From Cyanophora paradoxa CCMP329 (Eukaryota > Plantae > Glaucophyta): a stretch of DNA of 64,000 nucleotides. The notes under the pieces were generated by a model. That model worked only from the letters and a program-made list of their open reading frames with translations. It was not told the origin of the DNA and did not search any database. Every line of letters starts with the position of its first letter. Position 1 is the stretch's first letter. Of the stretch, positions 12,311 to 27,578 are shown piece after piece. The position numbers and the translations under genes were made by a program. The stretch lies in the NCBI GenBank assembly GCA_004431415.1, contig QPMI01000666.1, forward strand, positions 62,001-126,000, read 5' to 3'.

Positions 12311-14870
12311 CTATAGAGCCCCCCCGCCACCGCCGCGCCCCCGCCGCCTCCGCCGATAGCAGCCCGGCGCCGGGCCGGCGGCAGGAACCAAGCTGAAGCT
12401 TAAGCAGAAGAATGCGCATGCATTCGCATATATGTGGTACCGATGTCGATCATCGGATGTACTATTTTGCGAGCCGGAGGCCTCCGATGGAAGCCGACTA
12501 CGAGGGAGGAGGTGGGGGCTGGCCATGGGCGGGCGTCTGCGCGGCGTACCACTGTGAGTACTGCGCGTAGGCAGCGGCGTACTGCGCATAGGCTCCCGCG
12601 GCGGCCGCTGCCGCCGCCCCCGCCCCTGCCGCCGGCGCCTGGCTCGACGAGGCCGATGTCGGCGAGGGCGAAGGCCCAAGCGGCGGGGAGCTGGAGGGCA
12701 GCGGAGGCGGCGGCGGGGGCGGTGGGGGCGGGGGCGAGGCGCCGGGGGGCGGGGGTGAGGCGCCGGGGGGCGGGGAGCTCGAGGGGGCGCCCCCATCCTT
12801 GAGACCGTAGAGGGAGAGGAGGAAGTCTGCGAGGGCATGAGCGGGGCGAGGTGGTATAGAACGGGGTGGGGCGGGCCCTCGGTGGCGGAGCGGATGCGGG
12901 CGGCGTCATTCTTCTGCTCCTCCTTGCGGGCGAGGATCTTCTTCAGGGAGCCCGAGCTCGACTGCTTCAGCCGCCTTAGCGCCTCGTCCGCCGCCGTCCG
13001 GCTCTTCTTCTCTCGCCGCCGCGCCCCGCGCTCCTCCTCCGCCTTCTGCTGCCTGCGCCCCGCCTCACGGTCCGCCCCGCTGCAACGTACACACGCCGCG
13101 ACGACGCACGCGATGACCCTCCCGAGCACTGCGCGGCGCGGCGTCGGCGGGGGCCGCGGGGCGGGCTGGGGCCGCTGGGCGGGGCGGGGCGGGGCGGGCG
13201 GGGGCACCGTCGGTGTTGGGGACAAGGCGCTGGCCCCCGCGGATGGCGGCCTGCGGGGAGGTGAGCGGGCCGGAGCGGGGCGGGGCGGGACGGCGCTGGC
13301 CAGCTCCTCCCGGGAGAGCTCCTCGACAGCGCGACCGAACTGCCTGGGGACTCCCACCTGCTCCGGCCGCAGGTCTGCGCCCCGTCAGCGTTGGGCCCCG
13401 GCACACCACGCTCCAGGTGGCACGCACGAACAGTGCGGTGAGGGATGGCGGCGCGCTCGGCGCGGGAGAGCTTGGGCTTCTTCTGCGGGGGCGTAAGGGG
13501 CGGGTGGAAAAAAAGCAGGCGGGGTGGGGGCGCCTTGGCGGGTTTGGGCTCGTCAACGAGGACCGGTCGCCCGACGCGGAAGGCGACCCTCAGCTCTGTG
13601 CCCCCAAACCGCAATACGTCCCCGAATTTGACGGGGCGGCCTTCCGTCGACGCCTGGCCCCGCTTCAGGCCCCCGCGAGGCCGGCTGGGTGGGGCGTGGG
13701 AACGGGCCTTGCGCTCCTCTGTGAGGCGCTCGCCGTTGAGAAAGGTGCCGTTGAGGGAGCCGAGGTCGCGAAGCTCGTAGCGGGGCCCCGCCTGCACAAT
13801 CCGTGCGTGCTGCGACGAGATGTCTGGGTCCGGCAGGTGCAGCTGCCACCCGTCAGCTCGCCCCGCTCGCCCCCGCTCCTCCCGCTCGCCCCGGCTCCTC
13901 CCGGCTGCCCCGACCATCGCACCTCTCGCACATGCTTGTGGTGCGCCGCCACCAGCCCCGACCGCTTTATCGTCACACCCTCCGGGGGCACCTCGAATCG
14001 CTCCCCCTGCATCACCCTCAGCCCCGCGCAAACGTGCCATTATACCCATTCGCACCTCGTGCCGTCCTTTGACTGCTCGAGGCAGGGGTCTCAGCGCGGC
14101 GCCGCGGAGCGCAGGGCGGGTCGGCGCACTGGCGTAGAGGCAGAGGATCAGGGACTTGCCCTCGCTGACAGCATAACTCCCGTCGGCATCCCGCGGCAGG
14201 TCGTCCGTGAGCGCCGCCACTTCCGCATGGAACAGCTTCAGCTTCCGCTCCTTTTCCGCCTCCCTGCGCCCCCGGCCACAGTCGGGCCGTCATTCGGGAA
14301 GCCTCCCGCGGGGGCCCCGAGGCAAAGCTGTGCACACGAATCGGAGCTAGAGCTCGATGACGATGACAGCGACCTTTGCCGCCGCCGCCGCCGCTCCCAG
14401 TAATCCTGCCGAACGCGTGGTCGCTCGTCGGCAAAACGCAAGAGCTGCGGGCAGCAGCGGGCAGGCACGCACCTCCTCATCCTCGGAGCTGTAGGCATCG
14501 TGGAAGCCGTCGTGTTCCCATCTGCAGGCGCGTACGGATGAGCACTGTGTAGCTTGACGGCTCGCACTGGATGAACGTACCGGCGCTTCGCATCAATCTC
14601 TTTCGCGCGCCGCCGCCGACGGGCTGCTTCCTTCCTTCTTTCCGCAGAGCTAGAACATGAGCTCGAACGGGAGCGACTCCTGGAGCGGCTGCGCCTTCTT
14701 GACCGACTCCGGTTCCTGGACCGCGCTCGGCGCTCTTGTGCGCCCGGAGATCGCGACTTCGAGCGGCCTTTCCGCAGGCGCCGCGGCGATGGAGAGCGTG
14801 CGCCGGGCCTGCGAGGCGGCGAAGCAGAATGCTCGCGCTGACGAATCCGCACAGGACTGCGGTCCGCCAT
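12311..14870 (-). CDS. RS-rich, FHA-domain protein
   Basis: MADRSPVR..RSRSRRRSRSRSRSRS N-terminus; FHA motif LHLPDPDISSQHARI..YELRDLGSLNGTFLNGERL..VKFGDVLRFGGTEL. The 3' end is uncertain (about 12.0-12.6 kb). Confidence 0.7.
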
Positions 14871-15160
14871 CGAGAAGGCGCTTTGTGATGAGTCCTCTGC
14901 TGCCGTTCGCTGTGAACGCTTTGTGAGCGACGAGCCTTGTCTCAACGCTCCGACCGATGAGCCCTGTCTGAACGATGACTGCCGCCGAAGCGCGCGCTAA
15001 ACCTGGCTTTAATGCGGTGCGCTGCTGTCTGTATGTGCAGCAAGAGCTCTTGGAGTATGCTGGAGCAACAGGAGCGACGGCCCCCCCGCCCGGCGCCCCG
15101 ATGAACTGGGGTAGAGGTGTCTTCGTTCGCGACCCCGTTCGCTCGTCTCGAGAATCCGCA

Positions 15161-17189
<2,029 letters not shown>

Positions 17190-17350
17190 TCCTCCTAGCT
17201 AGTTTCAGCTTCGCTTCTTTCAACACCTTTTTTAGCTGTCGCAAACCGCAAACCGCAAAACTGTGCTTCGAATTTAGCTTCCGGTTTTGAACTTCCGCTT
17301 CCGCGTTTCATTCGGGTGTAGGGAAAAACACCAGAACTGACTTAGATACA

Positions 17351-17462
17351 AGTCGGGTTACAAGTGTGGGATGTACACTGCAGTCGTTGCAGCAGCGGGC
17401 CCAGCTGCAGCCCACTATCGAGCTGGCCGCGGCTGGGCCTGCATGGCCCTGCGGCCCTTTAA
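17351..17462 (+). repeat. Diverged copy of dispersed ~140-bp repeat (family R1)
   Basis: CGGGTTACAAGTGTGGGATGTACACTGC..GCGGGCCCAGC..CGAGCTGGCC matches copies at 21.8, 26.3 and 44.4 kb. Confidence 0.65.
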
Positions 17463-17879
17463 CGCTGGTTGGACGCTTCCGGGGTTAACGTTAACGCACC
17501 ACAACAGTAAATGAAACTCAATTGTGCAATTGCATTTCAAGTTTGCATTTGTGCTTTTGCATTTAATTTGCAATTGATAGCTATAGTGACACGTGACATT
17601 TGTTAGCAGCTAACTAGCAGCACATATGCATCTGTCATCTACGTATATATATACGTATACGTATACGTATACGCCAAGCGACAATGAGTACCCTGCTGTC
17701 GAAATCGAAACCGAGATCGATTTTGCACTATCGGTTGAGTGCAGCCCTTGCAATTACCTTCTCCCGCCAAAGGCTCGGCTGTTCAGCCACGGGACCTTAA
17801 GAAGGAGCAGCGTGACTACAAGGTTTTGAGAACAGCAATGAGCAGATCTATGTACAGTACACTAATTGGAGCTGGGTCT

Positions 17880-19066
17880 CTATGTTTCCGTTTCGAAATT
17901 TGCACCCTCCTGTGTTGTTTCCCACCCTGGAACACGGTTCCAAACCGCTTCTCCTCTGGATTTGATGGTTTCCTCGTAAAAATTCTGCCCAATAGTATAT
18001 GCCTGGTTCCAAAGGCCGCCGATAGAGAATGCCCGATATCTTGTGAACGAGTTCCCTGCCAGAAAGAACGTGTCACGTGGCTGCTCGAAAAAATCCAACT
18101 CGTGATCGCACCATACGAAGTCAAGTACTTCCCGGCTTTGTCAGTGCCCTTCCACGCAAGGTATATCTAAAAACAACAAGTTTAGAAGAGTGTGATGAAG
18201 GTTGGGAGAGGCTGAGGACCTTGGGATCACACTTCTCCAATACACCAGTTGTTCCGCACTGCGATGCCGGGACACCGCAGTTGCCACCTGAGCCGTCTGC
18301 TGATTTTACACAGTTGTCGATGGCGCATGTGTCACAGCTGTCATCCCAGTTAATGTTGACGACACGTCCATTCTCAAGCTCAACAATCGCTGTCCAAAAC
18401 TGGACCTGCATCACGGAAGCGACGTCATCAGAAACATATTGAGAGCAGATGATACGAAACTTACTCACTCGAACGTTGGACGACGATGCATACACTCGAG
18501 GCTGGGACCTGAAACCAAGCACCTCGATTTGGATGGAAGAACCAACTCTGAGCCCTGCAGCAACTGCGACGAAGGGCGATCTATCATCGGAGAGCCTGCG
18601 AGTCGGGAACCAAATTTCGTGCACCTCCAGTGATCTCCAGGTTGGCAAACACGTCTGCTTTTACGCAGAAGACGGCTTGGACGTACGAGACTTTCGGCTG
18701 GTAACCAGTGCAGGTGCAATCTGCAGTGAATGTTTCATTGTTGCCGGTAGGGCACGTGAAGTTCACGCAGGTGTAGATAGACGAGTTCGCCTTCCGAATG
18801 CTGAGGTCACTGATGGGGATGAGGACGCGAGCGTAGGCCTCGTCGAACCGCGAAAGCGCGGGGCAGATAGCAGTCTTTCCTGTGGCCGCCAGACCGTTGA
18901 CATCGAAGTACGTCATGTTGCTCCCGCCGGGATAGCGGCAAGCGTTCGTGCACTTTACGCGCGTGAGAGTCTGTGCATTCGCTCCGCAGGCCAAGCCGGC
19001 TAGCAACAGGAAGAAAGACAGGGCCCGTGCACTTGGCGTCCAACAGGACCCCCTGCGCGCGGCCAT
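17880..19066 (-). CDS. Secreted Cys-rich uncharacterised protein
   Basis: Signal-peptide-like ALSFFLLLAGLACGANA; many Cys; C-terminal VVNINWDDSCDTC..NC..CDPK|IYLAWKGTDKAGKYLTSYG|NSFTRYRAFS assembled across GT-AG introns. Confidence 0.65.
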
Positions 19067-19963
19067 GAGAAGACGCGGCTCGGAAAGCAGCTCGGAAGGT
19101 AGCTCACATGACCGGTCGCGGAGCTCGTGCGCCCGCGCCGAGCAGCGTTCACGGTTTGTGAGCGCAGAACGCTGTGCACAACGAGGCGAGTTGCGCCCGA
19201 GGTCACTGCAGGCCCGTACCCGAGCGCTCTGCTGAGCCCGAGCAAGAGCGTCGCTGCTGCGTGCCGCCTGAATTCGTGCCGAGGCGACGCTGTAAAGCTT
19301 CCAGATCTGCCTGTGGGATGCTCACAAGACGACGTCTACGGTCTACGTTCAACGTTTGCAGTTCAAGACCGCTTGTTTTTCGGCGCAGCCGATTCTGAGT
19401 CGTTGATCATGACGGAAATCCGCCGCGCGGCGTGGCCGGATCCTAGGCCTAGGCCTATAGCTATATAGCTAGTCCGATATATATATAGCTACTCGGAAGC
19501 CCGGAAGTTAAGATCATGATCAGTGCGATGCTGATTGACTCGAACATCATGGCATGTACGTACGCGTATACGTATATATACGTATACGCGTATACCGTAG
19601 TACGTATACGTACACATGCATATGTGGCCATGCATATGGCCATGAACGTCGACACGTAATATAACTAGCTATAGTAACGCAAAAAGACGCCCAACCTTAA
19701 GCCGTCCTACTCGTAATCGCAATCAAAGACGTCGACGTCCTACCTAGCTTCGCCGACCCCTGGGAAAGTCTGGATCCCTTTCCTTTTCCTGCGACTGACG
19801 CACTCGGAAGGGTCCCATAATAAAATCGGGGATTTCTGGGTTGGTTAAGACTTCAAGTATTTTTGCTGCAGATTAATTGTTCGATGGTGGATTTATGAAA
19901 TACAGCGGAGGGGGCAACGTTTCCAGAAAGAAGGGGCAGTTTACAGTAAAGGAGAGACCATGA

Positions 19964-21249
19964 TCAGTTGTTGGCGTCCGTGTCCCTGGACATTGACCTG
20001 CTCGCACGCTCTCTCCGCTGCCGACGAGCAGCTCGCGCCTGCTCCCTGCGCTCCACGGCCTCAACCTCTTCAATGGCAAACTGCTTCACCAGCACAGAGG
20101 AGATCCATGCGAAAACGGCAGCGTTGAAGGCCGTGTGAGCCCCAATCGACACTGCGAGGCTCTGTCCTTGTGTGTCGTATAGGACGGAGAGATATGCGGA
20201 GATGCCCATGCTGAGAAGTGCTCCTGGAAGTGTTCCCATATACTCCAGGGCGGCAACAACGATAGCAGTCCCGCCAACTCCCTGCAACATGCGAGGCGTT
20301 TGAAGGCCGTCGAAACTGAAGAAAGAACAGACGCACCCCCACCCAAGAGAGGTCCTGAGAGAAGCTGTTTTGCAGGAACCCACGATAAAGAATCTCCTCG
20401 CCAACGCCAAACACAAGCCCAAGTGCAGCACAGTAAAGATAGCCGAGCACGCTGAGATTGGAATACTGTCAGCGAGGACAAAGCTTGAGAATACAACAAA
20501 AAAAGCGCGCACTCCATCCGATCGGGGGCAAACATCGCCCACCGGCTCCGGCACGCACGCACGAAGCCAGCCAGCGGGCCGTTCTCGCCAGACTTTGCAA
20601 GCGCGAGGACGAGGCCCATAAGCGGGAGGGCGCCAACCACGCCCTTGCCGAAGTCCGCAGAGTTCATCAGGACAGTCTGAACGAAGGCGAGCGGAAGGTC
20701 CGCCATCCGCTCCAGAGGCGCCACACGAAGCACAGAGTCCCAGTCGACTTTCCCGGGCGTTGCAGCCTGCATCAGAAGCGAAGCACCGCGCATTAGCGCC
20801 GGCCAGCTAGCCAGGCCGCACCGCCGCACCTTTGATACACTGATGGCAAGCTTGTCAACAAGAACCCAAGCAAACGGCATGGCAAAGAGCTGCATCGCCC
20901 GCCCGCCAATATCTTGCTGACCGAACTGCGAGGTATCGATATCGGCCGCGCGCCGCTGCGGCCGCAGATCGTCGTCGTCCTCGACAATATCGAGGTTCAG
21001 TTCGCTAGCGATCGGCTGCGGCGAAGAGCAAGGCACAAAAGAAAAGGCCTTGCTACAATCGAACTGCCGCCGGCAGCGCGCAAGCCCTGCGGACGAGCTG
21101 CAGCCGAAGAACGTGCGTGCCGTGCTGACCGCGACGCGCGCGGTCTCCGTGGCCGCTGGGAGGCGACACATGCATTTTGCCGTGGCACACGCATGCCGGG
21201 CAGCAGCCGACGTTGAAGGGAGGGACGGCGCGGGGGCCACGAAAGCCAT
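19964..21249 (-). CDS. Plastid-targeted CPBP (CAAX protease type II/Abi) family intramembrane metalloprotease
   Basis: Transit peptide MAFVAPAPSLPSTS; motif GVGEEILYRGFLQ and C-terminal SIGAHTAFN; several TM segments. Confidence 0.8.
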
Positions 21250-21799
21250 CTTCCTGGGGTACTGGATCTGGAGTTCAGCTTGGGGTACGGCTGGGCTAAT
21301 GCTCCTTCGCATTTGGACACGCATTTGGACTCGGGGGACCTTCATGATCATGATCAGCTTTGATGGGCTCGAGCTCCTCAGGGACTTCAGCATTGATGAG
21401 CGCATACTACTAGGCTATGATATGCCATGATGCGAACTTGAAGAAGTGAGCCTTAAAAAAAATCCTTGTTGAGCTCATGCTCATGATCAAACCAAAAACG
21501 TACGCGTTAACCGCACGCTTTTGATCAAACCGCAAATCATGATCAAAAAATTAAAGCGGCTTTCCACTTTAATTTGAAGCTTCCGGATCCTCCTCCCGAG
21601 TCCGCTCATAATTAAGCTTTCGACTTGATGGCTAACGTTTGCATCATTCTTCTGCTCAGCGGCTGCTGGCCTTCCAAAGTTCAAGCTTTCGAATTCCGAA
21701 GTTCAGCGAGAATCCAGGTTCTCCTATGGTGAATAACTTAGTAATGAAAGTGATGATGAAAAACAAGAAGAAGAGTAATTCAGCCAGCTGTACGTATAC

Positions 21800-21875
21800 G
21801 CATTTGGACACGTACTAAAACGCAGGTCCGGGCTACTAAGTGTGGGAATGTACACTGCGGCCGCCGCGGCCGCGA
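21800..21875 (+). repeat. Truncated copy of dispersed repeat R1
   Basis: GCATTTGGACACGTACTAAAACGCAGGTCCGGGCTACTAAGTGTGGGAATGTACACTGCGGCCGCCGCGGCCGCG. Confidence 0.8.
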
Positions 21876-22111
21876 CAGAGGTGTACGTATGTACGTATAC
21901 GGTTTTGACGAAAGGCGAAGGACTCGAAGGCCCCAGGCACAATCGATCACGACAGTGAAGCAGCAAGACAAGGGGCGGAGCAAATTGAACGCCTTACGGT
22001 CTAATATCACAGGATGGTGTATCTTATACATACTCTTCTTCTTCTTATGGACTGAGTCATACATGCAGACACGGAACGCCGGCCTCACGGAGCATGCTCG
22101 TTCATTTAATT

Positions 22112-25100
22112 TTACGCTGAGATGACACTGGCGAAAGCCTGGAAAGCATCTCGGATGCGTGTATCAACGTCGCTCGTGAAGAGCAGGTTCTGGAGCGTCG
22201 ATAGGAATGGCTTCAGCTCTTCTGCATGCTGCAGAGGTACATAAAAGCATGAGTTGCGAGTCACAGAGAGCAGAAGATGGGGCAGACCCTGCGGCCTGTT
22301 GCTTTCAGAAAGCCAAGGATTGTGGAGAACAGGTGCTCAGTCTCCTCTTCTGCGCTTCCTTGCCCGTTCTGAATGCAAGTTAGGGGGAAATGCCAAATAG
22401 TGCTGAAGTGGTGTCAGGAAAAGAGGGGCACACCTGAGCAATTTGATCCGTGAGGACAAGAACAAAGCGCTGAACATGCACGTGAGTAAGAGTCAACAAA
22501 GGTGTGGCTGTCATGAGAAGCAGAACCTGGAACAAGATGAGGAACATAGCCTTCTGTTCACGCAATACAGCATCCAATGTCTCCCTCATTTGCCTCACCC
22601 TGATCTAGGACAAAGGTCAGCAGGGGCATTTGAGGAATACTGATGACAAGAACAAACTTCCGGAGCTTGCTTGGATGAATCTGCTGCGGAGCCTGATGCG
22701 AGCTCCTCCTCTGCTTTCTGAAAGTCTGCCCGAACCTGCATTGCGAGGACAGTTAGATGCAGTCAATCCAGACACACGAAGGGGCTCACTGCTGCTGTTC
22801 TTGCAAGCGTTTTTGAAATTGTGTTGTGCAAAATCTCCCACACGTGGCCAGAGCACATTTGTGGGACAGAGCGATCGGAGAAAAGATGGTTTATGATAGC
22901 TGAATTGTCCACGACACGATACGTCATGAGCTTCTCAAGCAAAATTACTTGCTGCTGCTTGCAATTGCGCCAGAACGACGACACAGCACTTTGAGTGACA
23001 GCAGAGTATCAGAGGGAGAACTCGAACAAAAAGGCAAAAAAAGACGACAGACCGGCAGACAAGGGTGCGTGGCTCGGCTGAATCCTTAGTCAGTGCCTGA
23101 AGCACGGAAACATACCTGATGGAAATTGTTAGCTAGAAAAGTATCTCAGAACGCGAGCCGGCCAGATGTCATACCTTTCAGTTATAGCAAGCATGTGCGA
23201 AAAAGACTTTGATCCGAGGGAGAACATTGCGTGCAACAGCACATCAAGTCGCTGCTGGCTTGTTAGCACAGAATCCTCAGACTTCGTCAACTGCACAGCG
23301 ATCTCTGGAATTTGAGGTGGGATTGACTCTGTCAAACGTGATTCTCTGACCTTGGACAGGAACACATCGGCACCCAGACGAGACCGCATGGCCTCTGTGA
23401 TCTCTTGGAACAATGCACATGCTGCCTTCCATGATGACTCCTCCAAAGCTGCCCCCGCGGGACCTTCCTGCAGACGAGATCGGGAGAAAAGATTAGATGG
23501 GAAAAACCAGAGTTGAGCAGCTGCGAGTGACCTCGTTTGCACTTTGTGCATCTTGGAAAGTTATGGTGTACTTCGGGAATGGTGTGGGGCGTGCTGGCAC
23601 CAAGGGCAAAAACTCCTCCGGTAGTGTTTTTTCAATTCGCTCGTGATATGAGAGCCGCACCATCCTCTCAATAACCTGTGTTGAAGAGATTCAGGACGCG
23701 GGCATTCCACGAGAGGGCACACATAGATGCACTTCTTGCAAGAAACGGCGACGTGAGGGGTGCTGGCCAGAAGCCAGTGCGTAGGACCAAACATTCCAGT
23801 TCCACTGCAAGCCGGTTTTTTGGAATCAACAAGACTGGAGTAATGTAGTGTCTGCACCGTGAAGTCCACATTGGAGAGGTGATGGGCAAACCACTCCGCG
23901 AGGCGCATTGAAAGCTGCGGGTTGAAATCAGCAGGTCCGTTGTGCTGCAGCAAAAGTTCACATGGAACCTCTGCATCAAGAGTGGGCAATCGCTCGAAGA
24001 GGTTGTCCATGGCGTCACACAACACTGGAGAAATCGTGCTTGCTCCCTTCACGAGGTTTACAAGGACAGCACTGTAGTACACAATCTGCCGAGAGTCGGC
24101 CAACACACAATCGCCAAACGAAGACTTGGAAAAAAACCTTGTGTTGCGGAAAAGGAAGGCGAAGGATGTGCACAAGCAATCCTTCCACCAGAGCATGCTC
24201 GTACGCAAATGAAACAGGGATTGCAGCAAGCTGTTTTGCAGTCTCTCGGTGGGACCCTGCAAACGCGGCAAGGATGTCTCCAACATACTCGTCCAGAATA
24301 GTCTGCTCCACTGGGCTAGCCTCCCGCTTCTGGTCGCGGCCCTCGAACAAACCAAGCGCAATCGGAGGGAAGAACTGAATTCGCCCCCTGCGGCCCTCCA
24401 CACGGATTCCTGCATGCAAATGAGTCCAAAAAAATGAGAGACACAAGCAGTCACGCGAACTTGGCATCAAATGCGGAGATGCGACAGTGAGACGGTTCAT
24501 GAACGGCTTGTACGGGTTCAGAATAACTTTGCATCCCATGCTATTGCCACAGTAAGAATTGCAAGAATGTGAGACAGGAAGGGCACTAGATTGCCCTTAC
24601 CCATCATCACGCCAAGCGAGCAACCTTGACCAGGCAATTTCTAGCCAGTCTTCTCGATTGTCCCTGCTTAAAAAATCAGGAGAAATCTCTTCCACAGAGG
24701 TTGCAGGTGTTCCAGTGTGCTCACGAAGTCGATTGGAATGGCTGGATGGCCCGGGTGTCTGCCCGTTGACGATGATCCATATAACGAGTGAGACGTCCGA
24801 AGAGTTCTCTCCACTGACCATCCTCGGCAGCTGGTAGGCATGCTTGATTCCGCGGCAACACTTCAGACGCACATAGCGTACCAGCAAGCTCCCGGCCACA
24901 CCAGGGAATCGTCAGCATCACGATGTACGCAAATGCATCTTGCCGAACCGCCGATGGGCCCGCCCCTCGCCCGTCTTCTCCGGCAGTTTCACTGACCATA
25001 TCCTAAAGAAAGGCGTCAGGGAGGGAGGAAGACGACACAGCAAAGTACGCACCTCAAAGAGATCGAAAAGCGAGTGCATGTGGAGGGCGTGGCCCTTGAC

Positions 25101-25754
25101 CAGCTCGCCTGTAATATATCGTTCAAACGAGCGCCATGGGCCCCGACGAGGATGGGCTGCACCCGCGAAACGAACAAGAAGCTTTAGCTTCTGATACTCG
25201 TTACCATCGAATGCCTCCTGAAGCGCGCCCTGGAGGCGAGAGACGAAGCGTTGCCCGAACGTGGGTTGGCGCGAGTTCAGAAGGCCCACGAGCGCCCCGT
25301 AGACGGGAGTCTTCGTTGGAAGGTAGGTTGCGCATTCCAAGATCGTCGTGAAAATAAGCGCTTGATGCTTTGCGAGATCACCCTCGAGCGCTTCAGCGAG
25401 GCCCTGCATACGCTCACACAGTTGCGCGTTCCGTGTGGTAAGAGCGGGCTGCGGACCTCGAGCATTTCACTCATGGAAGACGTCGCGGACCGATCCCCGA
25501 CACGTACGATGAGCGAGCGGAGACGCTCCTCAAGATCTAAGCATATTTAGCTATCATACACTGGGTCTGCGGGACGCTACGCGGAGACTAGCATGTCTCG
25601 CGGAGACTAGCGCACCGCCTGTTTCGTCATGACGTGCGCGCTTCACCCCGCGTTCCCCCGGGTCTGACTCTCGCCCACGACGAGGGGGCCCGCCTCCGCC
25701 GCCGTCGGGCCGAAGCTCGCGCGCCGAGTCGTACGCACGCCGGGGTCCTTCCAT
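22112..25754 (-). CDS. NCBP1: Nuclear cap-binding protein subunit 1 (CBP80), MIF4G domains, many introns
   Basis: LEERLRSLIVRVGD..LAEALEGDL..TILECATYLPTKTPVYGALVGLLN; RLAEWFAHHLSN; SKSFSHML..ERY; FWRNCKQQQVILLEKLMTYRVVDNSAII; HVWEILHNTISKT. Confidence 0.9.
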
Positions 25755-26264
25755 GTCGATGTCACGGCGCGCAATAAGCTAACGAGCTCCCCTGTATTTT
25801 TTTGGTACCCGGCTCGTTCGTTTGTGACGGTTTGTCCGGACGGCCGCGCTGTGTACTCGATCTTGGATTCATCCTTGCCTTCATTGTCACCTGGCGTAGA
25901 CCACAGATGTGCTGAGAGCGAGCCGCTAGCGAACAAAGAAGAGGGTGCCACGGTGAGATCGAAACTTGACTAGCCTAGTAGTACTCCGAGCTCGAGGCTC
26001 AGTAAAAGCCCTGATCATCATGCATATATATATGGCATCGATATCGGACCCGGCCGCGGGATTTCGCGATCGCAATCGATCGCGACGGCGAACTCGCGAT
26101 CGGAAGCCAACTCAGTGACTTGCAATCATTTTTGAATTGGCAATGCCATCCTGATCATGATGGAACGCACTCGAGCTCGATCGAAAACGACGTTCCTCCA
26201 ACCAAATCAATTGCAAGATCTACGTATACGTACTACGGTATATATAAAAATAATATTCGGGGTT

Positions 26265-26404
26265 CGCATTTGGACAAGCACTAAAACGCAGGTCCGGGCT
26301 ACAAGTGTGGGAATGTACACTGCAGCTGCGGCCGCCGCGGCCGCCGCGGCGCGGGCCCAGCCCACCAGCGAGCTGGCCAGCCGGGCCCTGCGTGGCCCCC
26401 TAAT
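26265..26404 (+). repeat. Full copy of dispersed repeat R1
   Basis: CGCATTTGGACAAGCACTAAAACGCAGGTCCGGGCTACAAGTGTGGGAATGTACACTGC...GCCCAGCCCACCAGCGAGCTGGC..CCGGGCCCTGCGTGGCCCCCTAAT. Confidence 0.85.
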
Positions 26405-26529
26405 CTAGATCAAGGACGCCCCAGCTAATCGTAATCGCAGACAGATCAAAGCTTAGACGTCCTAATTACGATCGTAATCGCAGATCTAGATCAAGGACGC
26501 CCCAGCTAATCGTAATCGCAGACAGATCA
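26404..26529. repeat. Direct repeat, 45-bp unit at 81-bp spacing
   Basis: TCTAGATCAAGGACGCCCCAGCTAATCGTAATCGCAGACAGATCA at 26404 and 26485; related motif (GACGCCC..TCGTAATCGCA.TCAAAGAC) at ~19686-19740. Confidence 0.75.
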
Positions 26530-26857
26530 TCGTTTGCTCGTCTCACAGCTTCAAAACGCTGCTGGAACCTGTAAATCTCGAAGTGAGAAGTTTCGATTTC
26601 GAAATAATCTGGCCCGTGATCATGATCTGATTAATATTTCGCGACCCTGCATCTAGGTGCCGGGGAGGGCGCACTCCCCCCCTCAAGGGGGCCTTTCTGG
26701 GCCCGGCTGACCGAAGCCGCTCCGGCGGTGGATGGCGGGCTGTGCGCTCTTCGTGGTCCAATCTTTGTGCATGGTCGCATCAACTTGGGAATATACTCTT
26801 TTAAAAATACGGAAGGGGATGGGGCGGAGGTCAGGGATCGGAGAAAAGCGAAGAGGT

Positions 26858-27578
26858 TCAATTAAGCTTCTCAATCAGGACCTCGGGGGAGATTTCCTGC
26901 TGGTCACCCACGAAGTCGTTGTCGGGAGTCAAGAAGAGCTGGCATACAGCACGTGTCAGCTCACTGGACGCGCGTGTCTGCGCGTGATATAGTCTCGTAG
27001 CGCACCATGCAGTGGCACTCTTTGCGCTCGCGCATGGGCACGCAGGGGCAGTTCCAGAAACCGTTCTTCACCTCCGCCTCCTTATCCTCGTAGTGCCGGC
27101 AGGGGCACAGGGGCGAGCCCAGTGTATCCTGCAATGCTAGCGTAAGTGGCAGAAACAGCGAAGAACTTGGCAGGCAGCACCTTGTGCTCAGCTAAGCCAC
27201 GAATGACGACCGCAGTTACAGAAAGGTCGGAGCAGAAGTACGTCCCGGTCCGCTTGGCATACTGTTCAGAGAACTTCCTGCGCTTGACAACATGAGAGTC
27301 GGTTGTTGCGGGGGCGTGGCGACGATCCGACGGCGGACCGCATGACTTCGAGGCTCTCGGGCGTCGCTGCGGTGCGATCAGGGGTTGTGAAGGCAAGAGA
27401 ATGAGCGACAGAGCTCCGGAAACGGCGAACCATCCTCGGCCCGCGCCTCGAAACGAATCGGCTGCGCGCTCCGGATCGAACGCAGCGGACGGATCTTCGA
27501 CGAGCCGGCCAGGAAGCTGCTCGAGGCCAGCGCATCACCGCCGCGCAGGGGAACGCAGCCGCCGACGAAAGCCGCCAT
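26858..27578 (-). CDS. FTRC: Ferredoxin-thioredoxin reductase catalytic (beta) subunit, nuclear-encoded, plastid-targeted
   Basis: Transit peptide MAAFVGG..; SLEVMRKFSEQYAKRTGTYFCSDLSVTAVVIRGLAEHKD..LCPCRHYEDKEAEV..FWNCPCVPMRERKECHCMLFLTPDNDFVG (CPC/CPC/CHC Fe-S motif). Confidence 0.95.

Noticed and set aside
339-14403. Long Arg/Pro/Gly/Ala-rich ORFs in the track (e.g. 339..1349, 7056..8375, 13213..14403)
   Set aside because: Antisense or off-frame shadows of GC-rich spliced genes; no family motifs.
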